From an uncultured Candidatus Binatia bacterium (GTDB lineage: Bacteria; Desulfobacterota; Binatia; UBA9968; JAJDTQ01): DNA of 64,000 nt. The position numbers and the translations under genes were made by a program. Location of the stretch: positions 608,001 through 672,000 of the forward strand of contig OZ243916.1 of the NCBI GenBank assembly GCA_965213675.1. The letters run 5' to 3'. Shown one piece after another: positions 8,965 to 18,400 of the stretch; position 1 is the stretch's first letter, and each line of letters starts with the position of its first letter. Below the pieces are notes generated by a model. It had not been told where the DNA came from. It saw only the letters and a program-made list of their open reading frames with translations, and searched no databases.

Positions 8965-10269
8965 TCACGACGCGATGTTCACGCGGTCCTGCACCGCTTC
9001 GACCCACATGGCTTCTCTGGGCAGCCGCACCGAGGTGGCGCGGACGCGGTGAAGCGCCGGGTCGAGTCCGGGGGGGTCCGCCTGTCCCTCCTGCAGCATC
9101 CTGGCCGAGTCGATGAGGCACTTGCGCACCTTGATGATGGCGGTGTCGCTGGTGCCCAGGCGCTCCCGGGTGCGGTCGAAGATGGGACCCTGGCTTTCGG
9201 TCATGGCGCGGTCCTGCATGCCGAAACCGGGAATGCCGCAGAACATGCGCGTGCGGTGCGCCTCCCAGTCCATGCCGTAGTCGTCGTCCGGGGTCGCCGC
9301 CGGGCGAACGTCGCCGTAGGGGCCGTTGGTGGGCGGTCCGAAGCGCGTGACGTGAGAGCTGAAGCCGTCGGCCAATGAGGCCAACTCCTCCTCCCGCAAC
9401 GGCCGCGTGGGATGCCACGTGATGGTCCAGTTGATGAGGTGTTCGTCGTCCGCCGGCACCCATGCGTGGGAGTGCAGGATGGGGTCTTCGTCCTGGGGCG
9501 GCGGCATGGTGTAGAAGGGCATCAGGAATTGGGTGATGCGCCAGTAGTAGCGGTCGTCGCCGGCATTCCTGCGCGCCCCGATCATGACGCCGTAGTCCGT
9601 ATCCACCACCTCGAAGCGGGGGCTCCGGTCCGTGGTCCCCACCGCGGTGTCCACGCCGAAGCCCGCTTTCTCAAGGCTTTCCAGGGATCTCCGGTCCGTG
9701 GCGTCCAGCGGCGCATGCAGGAACGAGATGTGGCTGGAGTCGATGCCCCCCTCCAGCGCCTGGAAGTAGTTGTTGCTCTGGTAGTACTTGGAAATGAAGC
9801 GCTGGTTGTCCGGCAGCCCGAGCCACTCGAAGTCCGGCAGCCCGGTCATGTGCGCGGCATCGCCCATGAACGCCCACACCAACCCACCGCGCTCGCGGCA
9901 GGGGTAGGCGGGGTGCCGCACCGCGTGCTTGAAGTCGGTCTCCGGGGACTCGTTGGGCATCTCCAGGCAGCGTCCGTCCAGTCCGTATTTCCAGCCGTGG
10001 TAGCAGCAGCGCAGCCCGTCCCGTTCCACGCGCCCGTAATAGAGCGATACGCGCCGGTGCGAGCACAGTTCACCCAGCAGTCCCGCCTCGCCCTGGAGCG
10101 TGCGGAACGCCACCATGCTCTCGCCCAGGATGCGCACCCGCTTGGTCCGGCCCCCGGCCTCCAACTCGCTGGACCGCACCACCGGCACCCAATAGCGGCG
10201 CATGAGCGCGCCCATGGGCGTGCCCGGGCCTACCCGTGTCAGAATTTCGTTGTCTTCCCGTGTCAGCAC
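8965..10269 (-). CDS. Rieske non-heme iron oxygenase alpha subunit (phthalate 4,5-dioxygenase/LigX-like)
   Basis: LTRVGPGTPMG..RRYW, CSHR..CCYHGW Rieske motif, EGGIDSSHISFLH iron site. Confidence 0.9.
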   Translation of the reverse strand: MLTREDNEILTRVGPGTPMGALMRRYWVPVVRSSELEAGGRTKRVRILGESMVAFRTLQGEAGLLGELCSHRRVSLYYGRVERDGLRCCYHGWKYGLDGRCLEMPNESPETDFKHAVRHPAYPCRERGGLVWAFMGDAAHMTGLPDFEWLGLPDNQRFISKYYQSNNYFQALEGGIDSSHISFLHAPLDATDRRSLESLEKAGFGVDTAVGTTDRSPRFEVVDTDYGVMIGARRNAGDDRYYWRITQFLMPFYTMPPPQDEDPILHSHAWVPADDEHLINWTITWHPTRPLREEELASLADGFSSHVTRFGPPTNGPYGDVRPAATPDDDYGMDWEAHRTRMFCGIPGFGMQDRAMTESQGPIFDRTRERLGTSDTAIIKVRKCLIDSARMLQEGQADPPGLDPALHRVRATSVRLPREAMWVEAVQDRVNIAS

Positions 10270-10456
10270 GCTGTCTCCAATCCCCTTGTGGTCGATGCTT
10301 TCGCCGTGGGTCCCCCCAGCCGAAAAACTACAATCGGGGCTGGATTTATGTCAAGCATGTAGCTGAACCGGACGGTCGGGGGGCTTGGGATGAGGGCCCT
10401 TGGAAACGCGAGGACGGCGTCGCATGCGAAAACGCGGTTTGGCAGGGAGGCTCGGA

Positions 10457-10969
10457 ATGGACGGCGGCTTTTGGTTCATGTTCGTGGCGAGCATCGCCGT
10501 CGGCGGGTTTGTTCTCTATTCCTACGGCGCGCAGCGGGCTCTTGACGGCCTGTCGAGCGGCGGCCAGCTTCTCATGGCCACGCTTCCCAAAATGGTTTTC
10601 GCCTTCACCGTGGCCGGTCTGATTCAGGTCATCCTCCCCACCGACCTGATCTCCGAGTGGATCGGCGAGGGCTCCGGCATCAAGGGGCTCCTCATCGGCA
10701 CGGTGGCGGGCACCTTCACGCCGGGCGGCCCGATGATGCACTTTCCCATCGTCGCCTCGCTGCTGCACTCCGGGGCCGGGTCCGGACCCATTATCGCCTA
10801 CTTGACCGCCTGGTCGGTGCTCGGGCTTCATCGCGTCATCATCTGGGAGATCCCCATCCTGGGATTCGAGATATCGGCGGTGCGATTCGTGGCCAGTCTG
10901 GCGCTGCCGCCGCTGGTGGGCTTCGTGGGGTCGGTTCTCTTTCACAGTCTGCCGGGCCGGGTGCCGTGA
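10457..10969 (+). CDS. DUF318/ArsP-like small permease
   Basis: ISEWIGEGSGIKGLLIGTVAGTFTPGGP..FP, IAYLTAWS; hydrophobic; RBS ggagg; alternative start 10424. Confidence 0.75.
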   Translation: MDGGFWFMFVASIAVGGFVLYSYGAQRALDGLSSGGQLLMATLPKMVFAFTVAGLIQVILPTDLISEWIGEGSGIKGLLIGTVAGTFTPGGPMMHFPIVASLLHSGAGSGPIIAYLTAWSVLGLHRVIIWEIPILGFEISAVRFVASLALPPLVGFVGSVLFHSLPGRVP

Positions 10970-11047
10970 CCGTCCGGCCCGTTCGGGCGTGACCGCGCCC
11001 GCGGCCTCTGCCGCGTCGGATTGCGTACCCGGCGCAAGCTCCTCTCG

Positions 11048-12658
11048 CTACGAGCGCGTGTCCGCGTGTCCGTCCTTGACGAGATCGATCTCCCAGGACA
11101 GGTAGCGTTCCATGTCTTCGCGGGTCTTCCCCAGGGCGCCGGTCCACACGCTGTGACCGAAATCGGCTTGCGCGTCCTCGGTGGACACGCCCGTGCCTTC
11201 CAGACCGTCTTCCAGGGCGCGGCCATGGCTCTCCCACGCCCGCGTGCCGCCTTCGAGCACCTGCACGGCGGTATAGCCGAGTGTTTGCAAGGTCCCCGCG
11301 GCCAGGGTCGAACGGACGGCGTTGTCGCACACGACCACCACGGACGTGTCCTTGTCCGGCGCCGTGGCCGCGATGTCGAGTTCCAGGCGTCCGCGGGGAA
11401 GCCACCGGGTCCCGGGGATGTGGGCGAAGCCGTATTCGCCGATGCTGCGCACGTCGAGGGCGAGGCCGCCCGCGTCCAGGTGTGCCTGAAGCCCGGCCGC
11501 GCCGGTGAAACGCGCGCGCCCACGGGCTTCTTCGAGTCCGAAAACGGCGGGATCGGGCGCGCCCTGTTCCAAGGGCAGCCCCGCATCCCGCCAACCCCGC
11601 AGGCCGCGATCGAGGATCGACACCTCGCGGAAGCCGAGTTGTTGCAGGAGCGCCGCGGCCCACACCGGCCGGAGGTCGTCGTCCGAGATCAGAAACACGG
11701 GGGCCGCGCGCACGGCGAGGAAGTTCTCGTGGGCCAGGGCCATCTGTCCCAGCGGAAGCGAAATGGCGCGTGGAACGTGGCCGGCGTCAAACTCCTCGGG
11801 CAAACGCACGTCCACAAGGTAGAAGGTCGCGCCGGAGTCGTAGACGCCCTGGAAGGAGTCGAGCGGGCAGCGACGCACGTTTTCCGCCGAGGCAAGGGCG
11901 TCGGTGGCGCGCTGGATCCGCGCCACACGCGCCGGGGATGCCGCAGCGGGCACCTCCCGGCCCGCGCCTTCGGCGATGTCATGTCCGGACAGGAACCAGC
12001 CCATGACGCCGTTCTCCAGGGCGTAGACACGGTCGAAGCCGTTGTCGTGCAGCAGCTTGGCGCCGAGAATGCCCCGCGTCCGGCCCGCACAGCTTACCAC
12101 CAGGGTGCTGCGGTCCGTCAGAGGCAGGCGCGGCGCGTCCAGCAGGAGGTTGCCGCCGGGAATGTGATAGGTGCCGGGAACGTGGCCGCGCAGGTACTCC
12201 TCGCGCGAGCGCACGTCCACAACCACCACGTCCTCGCCGGCCGCGCGCCGGCGCGCCAGTTCCGGCGCGGTCATGTGCGTCACGGCGCCGCCATGGGCGA
12301 CGCGCTCGCCGTACTCCTTGCCGTGAACGCCCCATCCCGAGCGCACCGGGAGCCCCTGCCGCTGCCACGCTTCGACCCCGCCGGCGAGCACCCGAACGTC
12401 GCTGTAGCCCATCCGTCCCAGCGTGTCCGCCGCCAGCGCGCTGCGACGCCCGTCGTCGCACAGGATCACCACCGGAACCCGCGGGTCCGGCGCCATCATG
12501 GGCAACCGAAGTTCCAGCGCGCCCCGGTTCACCGGGTTGGTCCCGGCGATCTGCGCGCGGGCGAACTCGCCGCGTTCGCGTACGTCAATGCAGGCAAAGG
12601 GTTCATCCGAAGCCAGCAAGGCCTGCAATGCCGGGGGATCGATGGTGAAATGACTCAT
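11048..12658 (-). CDS. Four-domain rhodanese-like sulfurtransferase
   Basis: Four DVR..E(F/Y)..(H)(I/V)PG-like units; active-site loops CDDGRRS, CAGRTRG, SDDDLRP, CDNAVRS; C-terminal MERYLSWEIDLV. Confidence 0.85.
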   Translation of the reverse strand: MSHFTIDPPALQALLASDEPFACIDVRERGEFARAQIAGTNPVNRGALELRLPMMAPDPRVPVVILCDDGRRSALAADTLGRMGYSDVRVLAGGVEAWQRQGLPVRSGWGVHGKEYGERVAHGGAVTHMTAPELARRRAAGEDVVVVDVRSREEYLRGHVPGTYHIPGGNLLLDAPRLPLTDRSTLVVSCAGRTRGILGAKLLHDNGFDRVYALENGVMGWFLSGHDIAEGAGREVPAAASPARVARIQRATDALASAENVRRCPLDSFQGVYDSGATFYLVDVRLPEEFDAGHVPRAISLPLGQMALAHENFLAVRAAPVFLISDDDLRPVWAAALLQQLGFREVSILDRGLRGWRDAGLPLEQGAPDPAVFGLEEARGRARFTGAAGLQAHLDAGGLALDVRSIGEYGFAHIPGTRWLPRGRLELDIAATAPDKDTSVVVVCDNAVRSTLAAGTLQTLGYTAVQVLEGGTRAWESHGRALEDGLEGTGVSTEDAQADFGHSVWTGALGKTREDMERYLSWEIDLVKDGHADTRS

Positions 12659-12845
12659 GGGTCTCCTCCCGCAGGGCGTGGGTTCGACGCGCCGTGGACG
12701 GGATGCTGGCCAAGGGTCGCGTGGTCACGTGAGACAACCGTGTCACAAACGGGAACCGGAGAGGCGAGGCCGCGGAAAGACTCGGCGATCACCCCGGGCA
12801 TCCCTGTGGCGGGGGCGCCAGCCGAGTGGAGTCGCGACCGTGGTT

Positions 12846-14027
12846 CTACGCCACGTGCGCGGGCCGCACCGCGTGCACCACCGCCCCCGCGGTGGTGGGC
12901 ACCGAGGCGGCCTTCGCGGGATCCCGGAGGATGCCCTTGGGATCCCTGCCGGCCTTGACGTCCTCGATGGCGGTCCTCAGAATCTTCCGGAACAGCAGCA
13001 CGCCTTCGTCAGAACTGACGTGGCGCTCCATGGCGTGCGCCACGATCTCGCCCTGGCCTTCCTGGGCTTCCTTGTCGTCGGGGAAGCGCTGGCTGTACTC
13101 GTAGTCCCGGGGTCCCCGGCCCGCCGGGGCCAGTTTCTCGCGGCCGGACAGCTCCCGGTCGTCGGTCCCGTCCGGCGCCCAGCGGATGCTGGCGCCAAGC
13201 TGATGGGTGTCGTCCACGGGAACGCAGAAGGACACCCGGTCCACCTTCTCCGTCGCGGGCTCGTCCGTGTAGGTCAGGTGCACGTTGAGCGGCATGATGT
13301 TTTCCCAGATGACGTCGGCCCAGCGTCCACCGTCGAGCTTGCGGGTCATGACGAAGCGGATGCCCATGTCGGTCTCTTCGTAGACCAGCCGTTCCGGCAG
13401 GGTCGCATGGGCTTGGGTGGGGAACTGGGGACCGCTGTGCACCGTGTGCAGCCACACCGCGTGGAGGGCGTCCATGAGGTTTTCCTCGCTCTGGAGCCAG
13501 TTGCAGTCCTGAGCGCCCCCCACCCGGGGTCCGAAGCGCGCCTTGAGGGTGCCCCCCTCCGCCTCCAGGACGTCATAGCGGGGCAATAGCGGCATCTTCT
13601 CCAACGGCCCCATGTAGGCGAACACCAGCCCACCGTACTCCTGCACCGGGTAGGCGGGGTGCCACAGATGGTCCTTGACCGTGCTGTCCGCGGGTTCCAG
13701 GGGCATGTCCAGAATGCGCCCTTCCACGTCGTAGAGCCAGCCGTGGTAGCAGCAGCGCAGGCCGTCCCGCTCCACGCGCCCGTACTCCAGCGATGTGCTC
13801 CGGTGACTGCAGCGGAAGAACAGGAGCCCCGGGCGTCCCTGCCCGTCCCGGAACGCCACCAGGTCCTCGCCCAGGACGCGGATGCGCCGGGGCAGGTCGG
13901 AGAGGTCGGCCGAAAGGCACACAGGCTGCCAGTAGCGCCGCATCAACTCGCCGCACGGCGTTCCCGGTCCCACGCGCGTCAGTTCCGGGTCGATCACGGG
14001 GATTCTGAGGCCGTAGGCGCTGCGCAT
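12846..14027 (-). CDS. Rieske non-heme iron oxygenase alpha subunit (second paralog)
   Basis: ELTRVGPGTPCGELMRRYWQP, CSHR..CCYHGW, ENLMDALHAVWLH; RBS aaggagg before ATG at 14027. Confidence 0.9.
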   Translation of the reverse strand: MRSAYGLRIPVIDPELTRVGPGTPCGELMRRYWQPVCLSADLSDLPRRIRVLGEDLVAFRDGQGRPGLLFFRCSHRSTSLEYGRVERDGLRCCYHGWLYDVEGRILDMPLEPADSTVKDHLWHPAYPVQEYGGLVFAYMGPLEKMPLLPRYDVLEAEGGTLKARFGPRVGGAQDCNWLQSEENLMDALHAVWLHTVHSGPQFPTQAHATLPERLVYEETDMGIRFVMTRKLDGGRWADVIWENIMPLNVHLTYTDEPATEKVDRVSFCVPVDDTHQLGASIRWAPDGTDDRELSGREKLAPAGRGPRDYEYSQRFPDDKEAQEGQGEIVAHAMERHVSSDEGVLLFRKILRTAIEDVKAGRDPKGILRDPAKAASVPTTAGAVVHAVRPAHVA

Positions 14028-14448
14028 GACGTTCCTCCTTGTGAGACGCAACCGCTTGTCCCTGCGCCGGCGGCCTCGTCCGGGTAAAGTGCCCGTGGGC
14101 GTGGCGCTGGCGCCGGGGACGGTCAGGCGGCGGATATATCAACACCCGCGCGCCTAGTAAAGCGGGCAGGGGAGCCGGAACTCTTCGTTGGCGCGCCACG
14201 CGCGTTTCGTTCCGGGCCCCCTGAGGTTCACGACGGACTCCCGTATTTGACGATGGACTTCCGTATTGAATGGCGCACGCATCGTTGACCCGGGCGTCGT
14301 CCTCCGGTTTGACAGAGGGGCGGCGCTGGTACTACCATCGACGCGGCTTGCCCGAAGGATCGCCTTGGCGGCGTTTCCGCATCGCCGATGCGGCGCGCCA
14401 CACGGATTCATGATGCCGCGGACATTCTGATCGGACACGGGGAATTTC

Positions 14449-15315
14449 ATGGCGAAACAGGACGAACTGGCGCTCGGAACCGGAGACACGGCGACACGGG
14501 GCGCGGACACGTCCCAGGGGCCGCGGAAGAACCATTCGGTCTTCTCCGAGACCGGCTGGGACGTGTCTCTCCGCGTGGGTTCCGTCGTCGCCCTCATCTT
14601 CGCATGGTGGGCGATGGGCCTTTTCTTTCCACCGGCGCTGGTGCCGCGGCCTTGGGAAACCTTCGCGGAGGTGGGCGTCATCATCAAGACGGGCGAGTTC
14701 TATCACCACATGGGCAACACGCTTTGGCGCGTGTTCGTCGGCTTCGGCCTGGCCATGGTGGTGAGCACGCCGCTCGGGATCGTCATGGGGAGCTTCCGCA
14801 ACCAGGAGAGCTTCTTCGAGCCTCCGGTGATCCTGGGCCTCACCATGCCGGGCCTCATCTGGGCGCTGCTGATGCTCATGGTCTTCGGCATCAAGGAGAT
14901 CAGCGCCTACCTCGCGGTGGCCGTGACCATCTCGCCCATGCTCACCATCAGCATCTGGCAGGGAACCAAGTCCATCGACAAGGATCTGATCGACATGAGC
15001 ACGGCGTTCCACGCCAGCGTGTATTCCAAGCTCGTGGACGTGATCCTGCCGCAGTTGGTGTCGCACATCCTGGCCGCCATTCGTTATGGTCTGGGGCTGG
15101 CGTGGAAGGTGATCGTGCTGGTGGAAGGGTTCGGCTTCAGCAACGGGGTCGGTTATCAGGTCATGCACCAGTTCGACCTTTTCTCGGTGAAGGGGGTTCT
15201 GGCCTGGGCCATCACCTTCCTTATCGTGATGATCTTCCTCGAGTTCGGGGTGGTGGGTGTGCTGGAACGCAGCGTCACGCGCTGGCGGCCGCGCGTGGAG
15301 GCATGGAGGCGGTAG
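14449..15315 (+). CDS. ABC transporter permease (SsuC/TauC/NitT type)
   Basis: TLWRVFVGF, EAA-like loop IDKDLIDMSTAFHAS..VILP, AWKVIVLVE. Confidence 0.9.
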   Translation: MAKQDELALGTGDTATRGADTSQGPRKNHSVFSETGWDVSLRVGSVVALIFAWWAMGLFFPPALVPRPWETFAEVGVIIKTGEFYHHMGNTLWRVFVGFGLAMVVSTPLGIVMGSFRNQESFFEPPVILGLTMPGLIWALLMLMVFGIKEISAYLAVAVTISPMLTISIWQGTKSIDKDLIDMSTAFHASVYSKLVDVILPQLVSHILAAIRYGLGLAWKVIVLVEGFGFSNGVGYQVMHQFDLFSVKGVLAWAITFLIVMIFLEFGVVGVLERSVTRWRPRVEAWRR

Positions 15316-16088
15316 TGGCGTACGTACGCATCGATCAGGCGATCAAGTATTTCTCGCGTGAGGACGGCTCGCCCCTGAAGGTGCTGGACGGCATCTCCTT
15401 CGACACCAAGGAGTACGGCATCACGGCATTGCTGGGGCCGTCGGGTTGCGGCAAATCCACGCTGTTGAACATCATCACGGGCCTGGAGCGCCTCGATCAC
15501 GGGCGCGTGGAGATCGTCTCCGACGGTGAAGGCGACGCCCGGACGCACCCCCAGTTGGGGTACGTGTTCCAGGATCCGAGGCTGCTCAACTGGAAGCGGG
15601 TGGAAGACAACCTGCGGTTCGCCCTCAAGGGGATGGACGTGCCGGGCGAGGAGTGGGACGAACGGCTGGACAAGTACCTGTCCCTGGTGGGTCTCACGGA
15701 TTTCCGCAAGCAGTACCCCCTCTACCTGTCGGGCGGCATGCGGCAGCGGGTGGGCTTGGCGCGGGGGCTCGTCATCGAGCCGCAGGTGCTGTTGATGGAC
15801 GAACCCTACAGCAAGCTCGACCAGCTCACGGCGCGGCAGTTGCGGGAGGACACCCTCCAGATCTGTTCGCGCCTCCACCAGACCGCCTTGCTGGTGACCC
15901 ACGACGTGGAGGAGTCCGCCTACATGGGCGACCGGATCGTGATCTTCTCCGCCCGCCCGGCGCGCATCGCCGCGATCTACGATAACCCGCTCCGCTCCTC
16001 GGAACGGGATACCGACGACATGCGTTTCATCGATTTCAAGAAGGAAGTTCTGGGAACCATACTCAACCTGGTGAAGGAGGAATCATGA
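15315..16088 (+). CDS. ABC transporter ATP-binding protein (SsuB/TauB type)
   Basis: GPSGCGKST, LSGGMRQRV, LLMDEP, VTHD; GTG start overlapping the permease stop. Confidence 0.9.
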   Translation: MAYVRIDQAIKYFSREDGSPLKVLDGISFDTKEYGITALLGPSGCGKSTLLNIITGLERLDHGRVEIVSDGEGDARTHPQLGYVFQDPRLLNWKRVEDNLRFALKGMDVPGEEWDERLDKYLSLVGLTDFRKQYPLYLSGGMRQRVGLARGLVIEPQVLLMDEPYSKLDQLTARQLREDTLQICSRLHQTALLVTHDVEESAYMGDRIVIFSARPARIAAIYDNPLRSSERDTDDMRFIDFKKEVLGTILNLVKEES

Positions 16089-17089
16089 TGATCGCAGGAA
16101 TCAAGAGGTTTCGTCTGCTGGCGCTGGCCGCAGGTCTGTTCCTGGCCGTGCCGGGGCTGTCCGTGCCGGCTCTGAGCGCCGATCTTCCCGTGGTGGATTT
16201 CGGCCTGCCCTCCGGCGGCGTATTCGGCCTGGGCGGCCAGTACATGATCGACAAGAAGCTGGACCGCAAGCACGGCTTCATCGCCAAGCCGCGCTGGGGC
16301 GGCGTGGCCAACGTCGAACGCCTCATTGCCATCGGCGCCATCCCCGTGGGGCTGGCTACGGTGGAGTCCGCGCTGCGCGCCAACATCAAGGGCATCCCCC
16401 TCAAGCTGGTGCAGCCCTACATGAGGACCATGCACAACTACCTTCTGGTGCGCAAGGACTCGCCCTACAAGACCATTGCCGACCTCAAGGGCAAGTCCAT
16501 CGCCGTGCCGCGGGAAGTCACGTCGGCCTACAACCTGTTCGACTTCATGATGAGGAAGCAGGGCGTCTCCATCGAGAAGGACTTCCAACTCAAGAAACTG
16601 GGCGCCGCGGGCATCATCGCGGTGATGGAGAAGGGCGAGGTGGAAGCCGCGCTGCACTGGGAGGCTCACGTGACGCGGATGCTGGCCACGGGGAAATACC
16701 GCTCCATCGCCAAGCTGGGTGACGTGATTACCCAGGTCCTGAACAAGGACATCCACATGTTCGGCTGGGTGGGCGCGCAGGAGGCCTGGGCCAAGAAGAA
16801 CCCCGGAGTCGTCGGGAAGATTCGCGCCGCGTGGCAGGAAATGATCGCCGGCGTCCAGAACGACCCCGAGCACTTCCGCAAGTACGCCAAGAAGATCTTC
16901 GGCCTTGAGGGCAAGGATGTCGTGGACCTGGGCTACGAGCGGGTCCGGCCCTTCCTGCTGCCGGCGGACTTCAAGTGGCCCAACCCCGAGAGCCTCGCCA
17001 ACCAGAAGCAGTACCTGAAGGACGGCGTGGCCCTGGGGATCTTCCCCAAGGAGGCCGAGGCGCAGATCGACGGCCTGTTCGTGCCGTAG
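16085..17089 (+). CDS. ABC transporter substrate-binding protein (SsuA/NMT1-like)
   Basis: Signal peptide; LLVRKDSPYKTIADLKGKSIA; in operon with the permease and ATPase. Confidence 0.85.
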   Translation: MMIAGIKRFRLLALAAGLFLAVPGLSVPALSADLPVVDFGLPSGGVFGLGGQYMIDKKLDRKHGFIAKPRWGGVANVERLIAIGAIPVGLATVESALRANIKGIPLKLVQPYMRTMHNYLLVRKDSPYKTIADLKGKSIAVPREVTSAYNLFDFMMRKQGVSIEKDFQLKKLGAAGIIAVMEKGEVEAALHWEAHVTRMLATGKYRSIAKLGDVITQVLNKDIHMFGWVGAQEAWAKKNPGVVGKIRAAWQEMIAGVQNDPEHFRKYAKKIFGLEGKDVVDLGYERVRPFLLPADFKWPNPESLANQKQYLKDGVALGIFPKEAEAQIDGLFVP

Positions 17090-17162
17090 GCATTTGCGCG
17101 GCAAGCGGCGCTGGACCAGCACCGGGGTCCATGAGTCCCGCCGAGCGCCGACAGCGTGTTGG

Positions 17163-17193
17163 ACCGGGGAGATGCCCGCATCTCCCCGGTTTC
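17163..17193 (+). terminator. Probable intrinsic terminator hairpin after the ABC operon
   Basis: accggggagatg-cccg-catctccccggt: 12-bp stem with only a short T run. Confidence 0.55.
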
Positions 17194-17328
17194 TGCATCA
17201 GGCGCCGGTGAAGCGGGCGGCGAACCGGTCCGGAAGGGCGTTCCCGAGCCGCGCGTGGACGCGGCGTTGACATTCCCCGGAGCATGCGCCTAACTTGACG
17301 GCACACCGCACGTCAGGGAGTCGAGACC

Positions 17329-18321
17329 ATGACCGCAGGGATCACACTGAGCCGCCATCTTGTCCAAGAGGGGGGCTGGCGCGCCGACGGAGCGCGGGAT
17401 CTGCTTGGGCTGCTGGAGCCGCTGGCTCTGGCCGGGAAGATGCTGGCGCGGGAAATCGATCAGGCGGCCCTGGCGGGCACGCTGGGTTCGGCGGGCGGGG
17501 CCAACGCCACCGGGGACATGCAGAAGAAGCTCGATGTCATCGGCAACGACATCGTCATGGACGCCTTTTCAGGATCGACGGTGGTGGCGGGCATAGCCTC
17601 CGAGGAGCTGGACGAGCCGGTGGTGACGAGCACGTCCGACGAGGCGCGCTATCTCCTGTGCACGGACCCTCTGGACGGTTCGTCCAACACCGACGTCAAC
17701 GCGCCCCTGGGAACCATCTTCGGCATTCTGCGCCGTCACCGGCAGGGGGAACTGTCCGGCGAGGAGTTCCTGCGCCCGGGCTCGGAGTTGGTGTGCGCCG
17801 GCTATGTGCTCTACGGCGCCAGCACGTTGCTGGTGTACACGGTGGGCGCGGGGGTCCACGGCTTCACCCTCGACCGCGGGGTGGGCGAGTTCGTGCTGTC
17901 TCACCCGGACATCCGCTGTCCGGCGGCGGGCAAGATATACAGCGCCAACGTCGGACGCCACAAGGAGTGGGGCGCGGGGGTGCGGAAGTACCTGGACCAC
18001 GTCACCGAGAAGGACAAGCCCAGCGGCCGGCCCCATTCACTGCGTTATACGGGAGCGTTGGTGGCGGATCTGCACCGCTGCCTGCTGGACGGCGGCATGT
18101 ATCTCTACCCCGGTGATCCGGGGAGCCCCAACGGCAAGCTCCGGCTGCTCTACGAGTGCGCGCCGCTGGCGTGCGTGGCGGAGCAGGCCGGGGGCGCGGC
18201 CACCACCGGGAGCGGGCGCGTACTGGACGTGGCGCCGGACGCGGTCCACCAGCGCACTCCCATTGCCATCGGCAGCGCGGACAACGTCGCCCTGTTTGAA
18301 CGGTTCATGGCGGAAGACTGA
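17329..18321 (+). CDS. fbp: Class I fructose-1,6-bisphosphatase
   Basis: QKKLDV, ASEE, DPLDGSSN, GTIFGI, GKLRLLYECAP. Confidence 0.95.
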   Translation: MTAGITLSRHLVQEGGWRADGARDLLGLLEPLALAGKMLAREIDQAALAGTLGSAGGANATGDMQKKLDVIGNDIVMDAFSGSTVVAGIASEELDEPVVTSTSDEARYLLCTDPLDGSSNTDVNAPLGTIFGILRRHRQGELSGEEFLRPGSELVCAGYVLYGASTLLVYTVGAGVHGFTLDRGVGEFVLSHPDIRCPAAGKIYSANVGRHKEWGAGVRKYLDHVTEKDKPSGRPHSLRYTGALVADLHRCLLDGGMYLYPGDPGSPNGKLRLLYECAPLACVAEQAGGAATTGSGRVLDVAPDAVHQRTPIAIGSADNVALFERFMAED

Positions 18322-18400
18322 TTCCGCGCCAGCCTCGCGTTCCGCAAGTTCCCGCGGCGCGGGAATGTCGCCGCCGGACGCGACACCAGGAGGATGCGTG

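Noticed and set aside
11021-12958. 645-aa plus-strand ORF
   Set aside because: Antisense to the well-supported rhodanese gene
12728-14060. Similar gtgagac..aaccg..tgtc words upstream of the rhodanese and second Rieske genes
   Set aside because: Short and gapped, with only two instances; could be chance
14388-15314. Long N-terminal extensions in the ORF track (e.g. ABC ATPase from 14388, aldolase from 17804, SDR from 60559)
   Set aside because: They overlap upstream genes; downstream starts with RBS or coupled stop/start fit the family lengths
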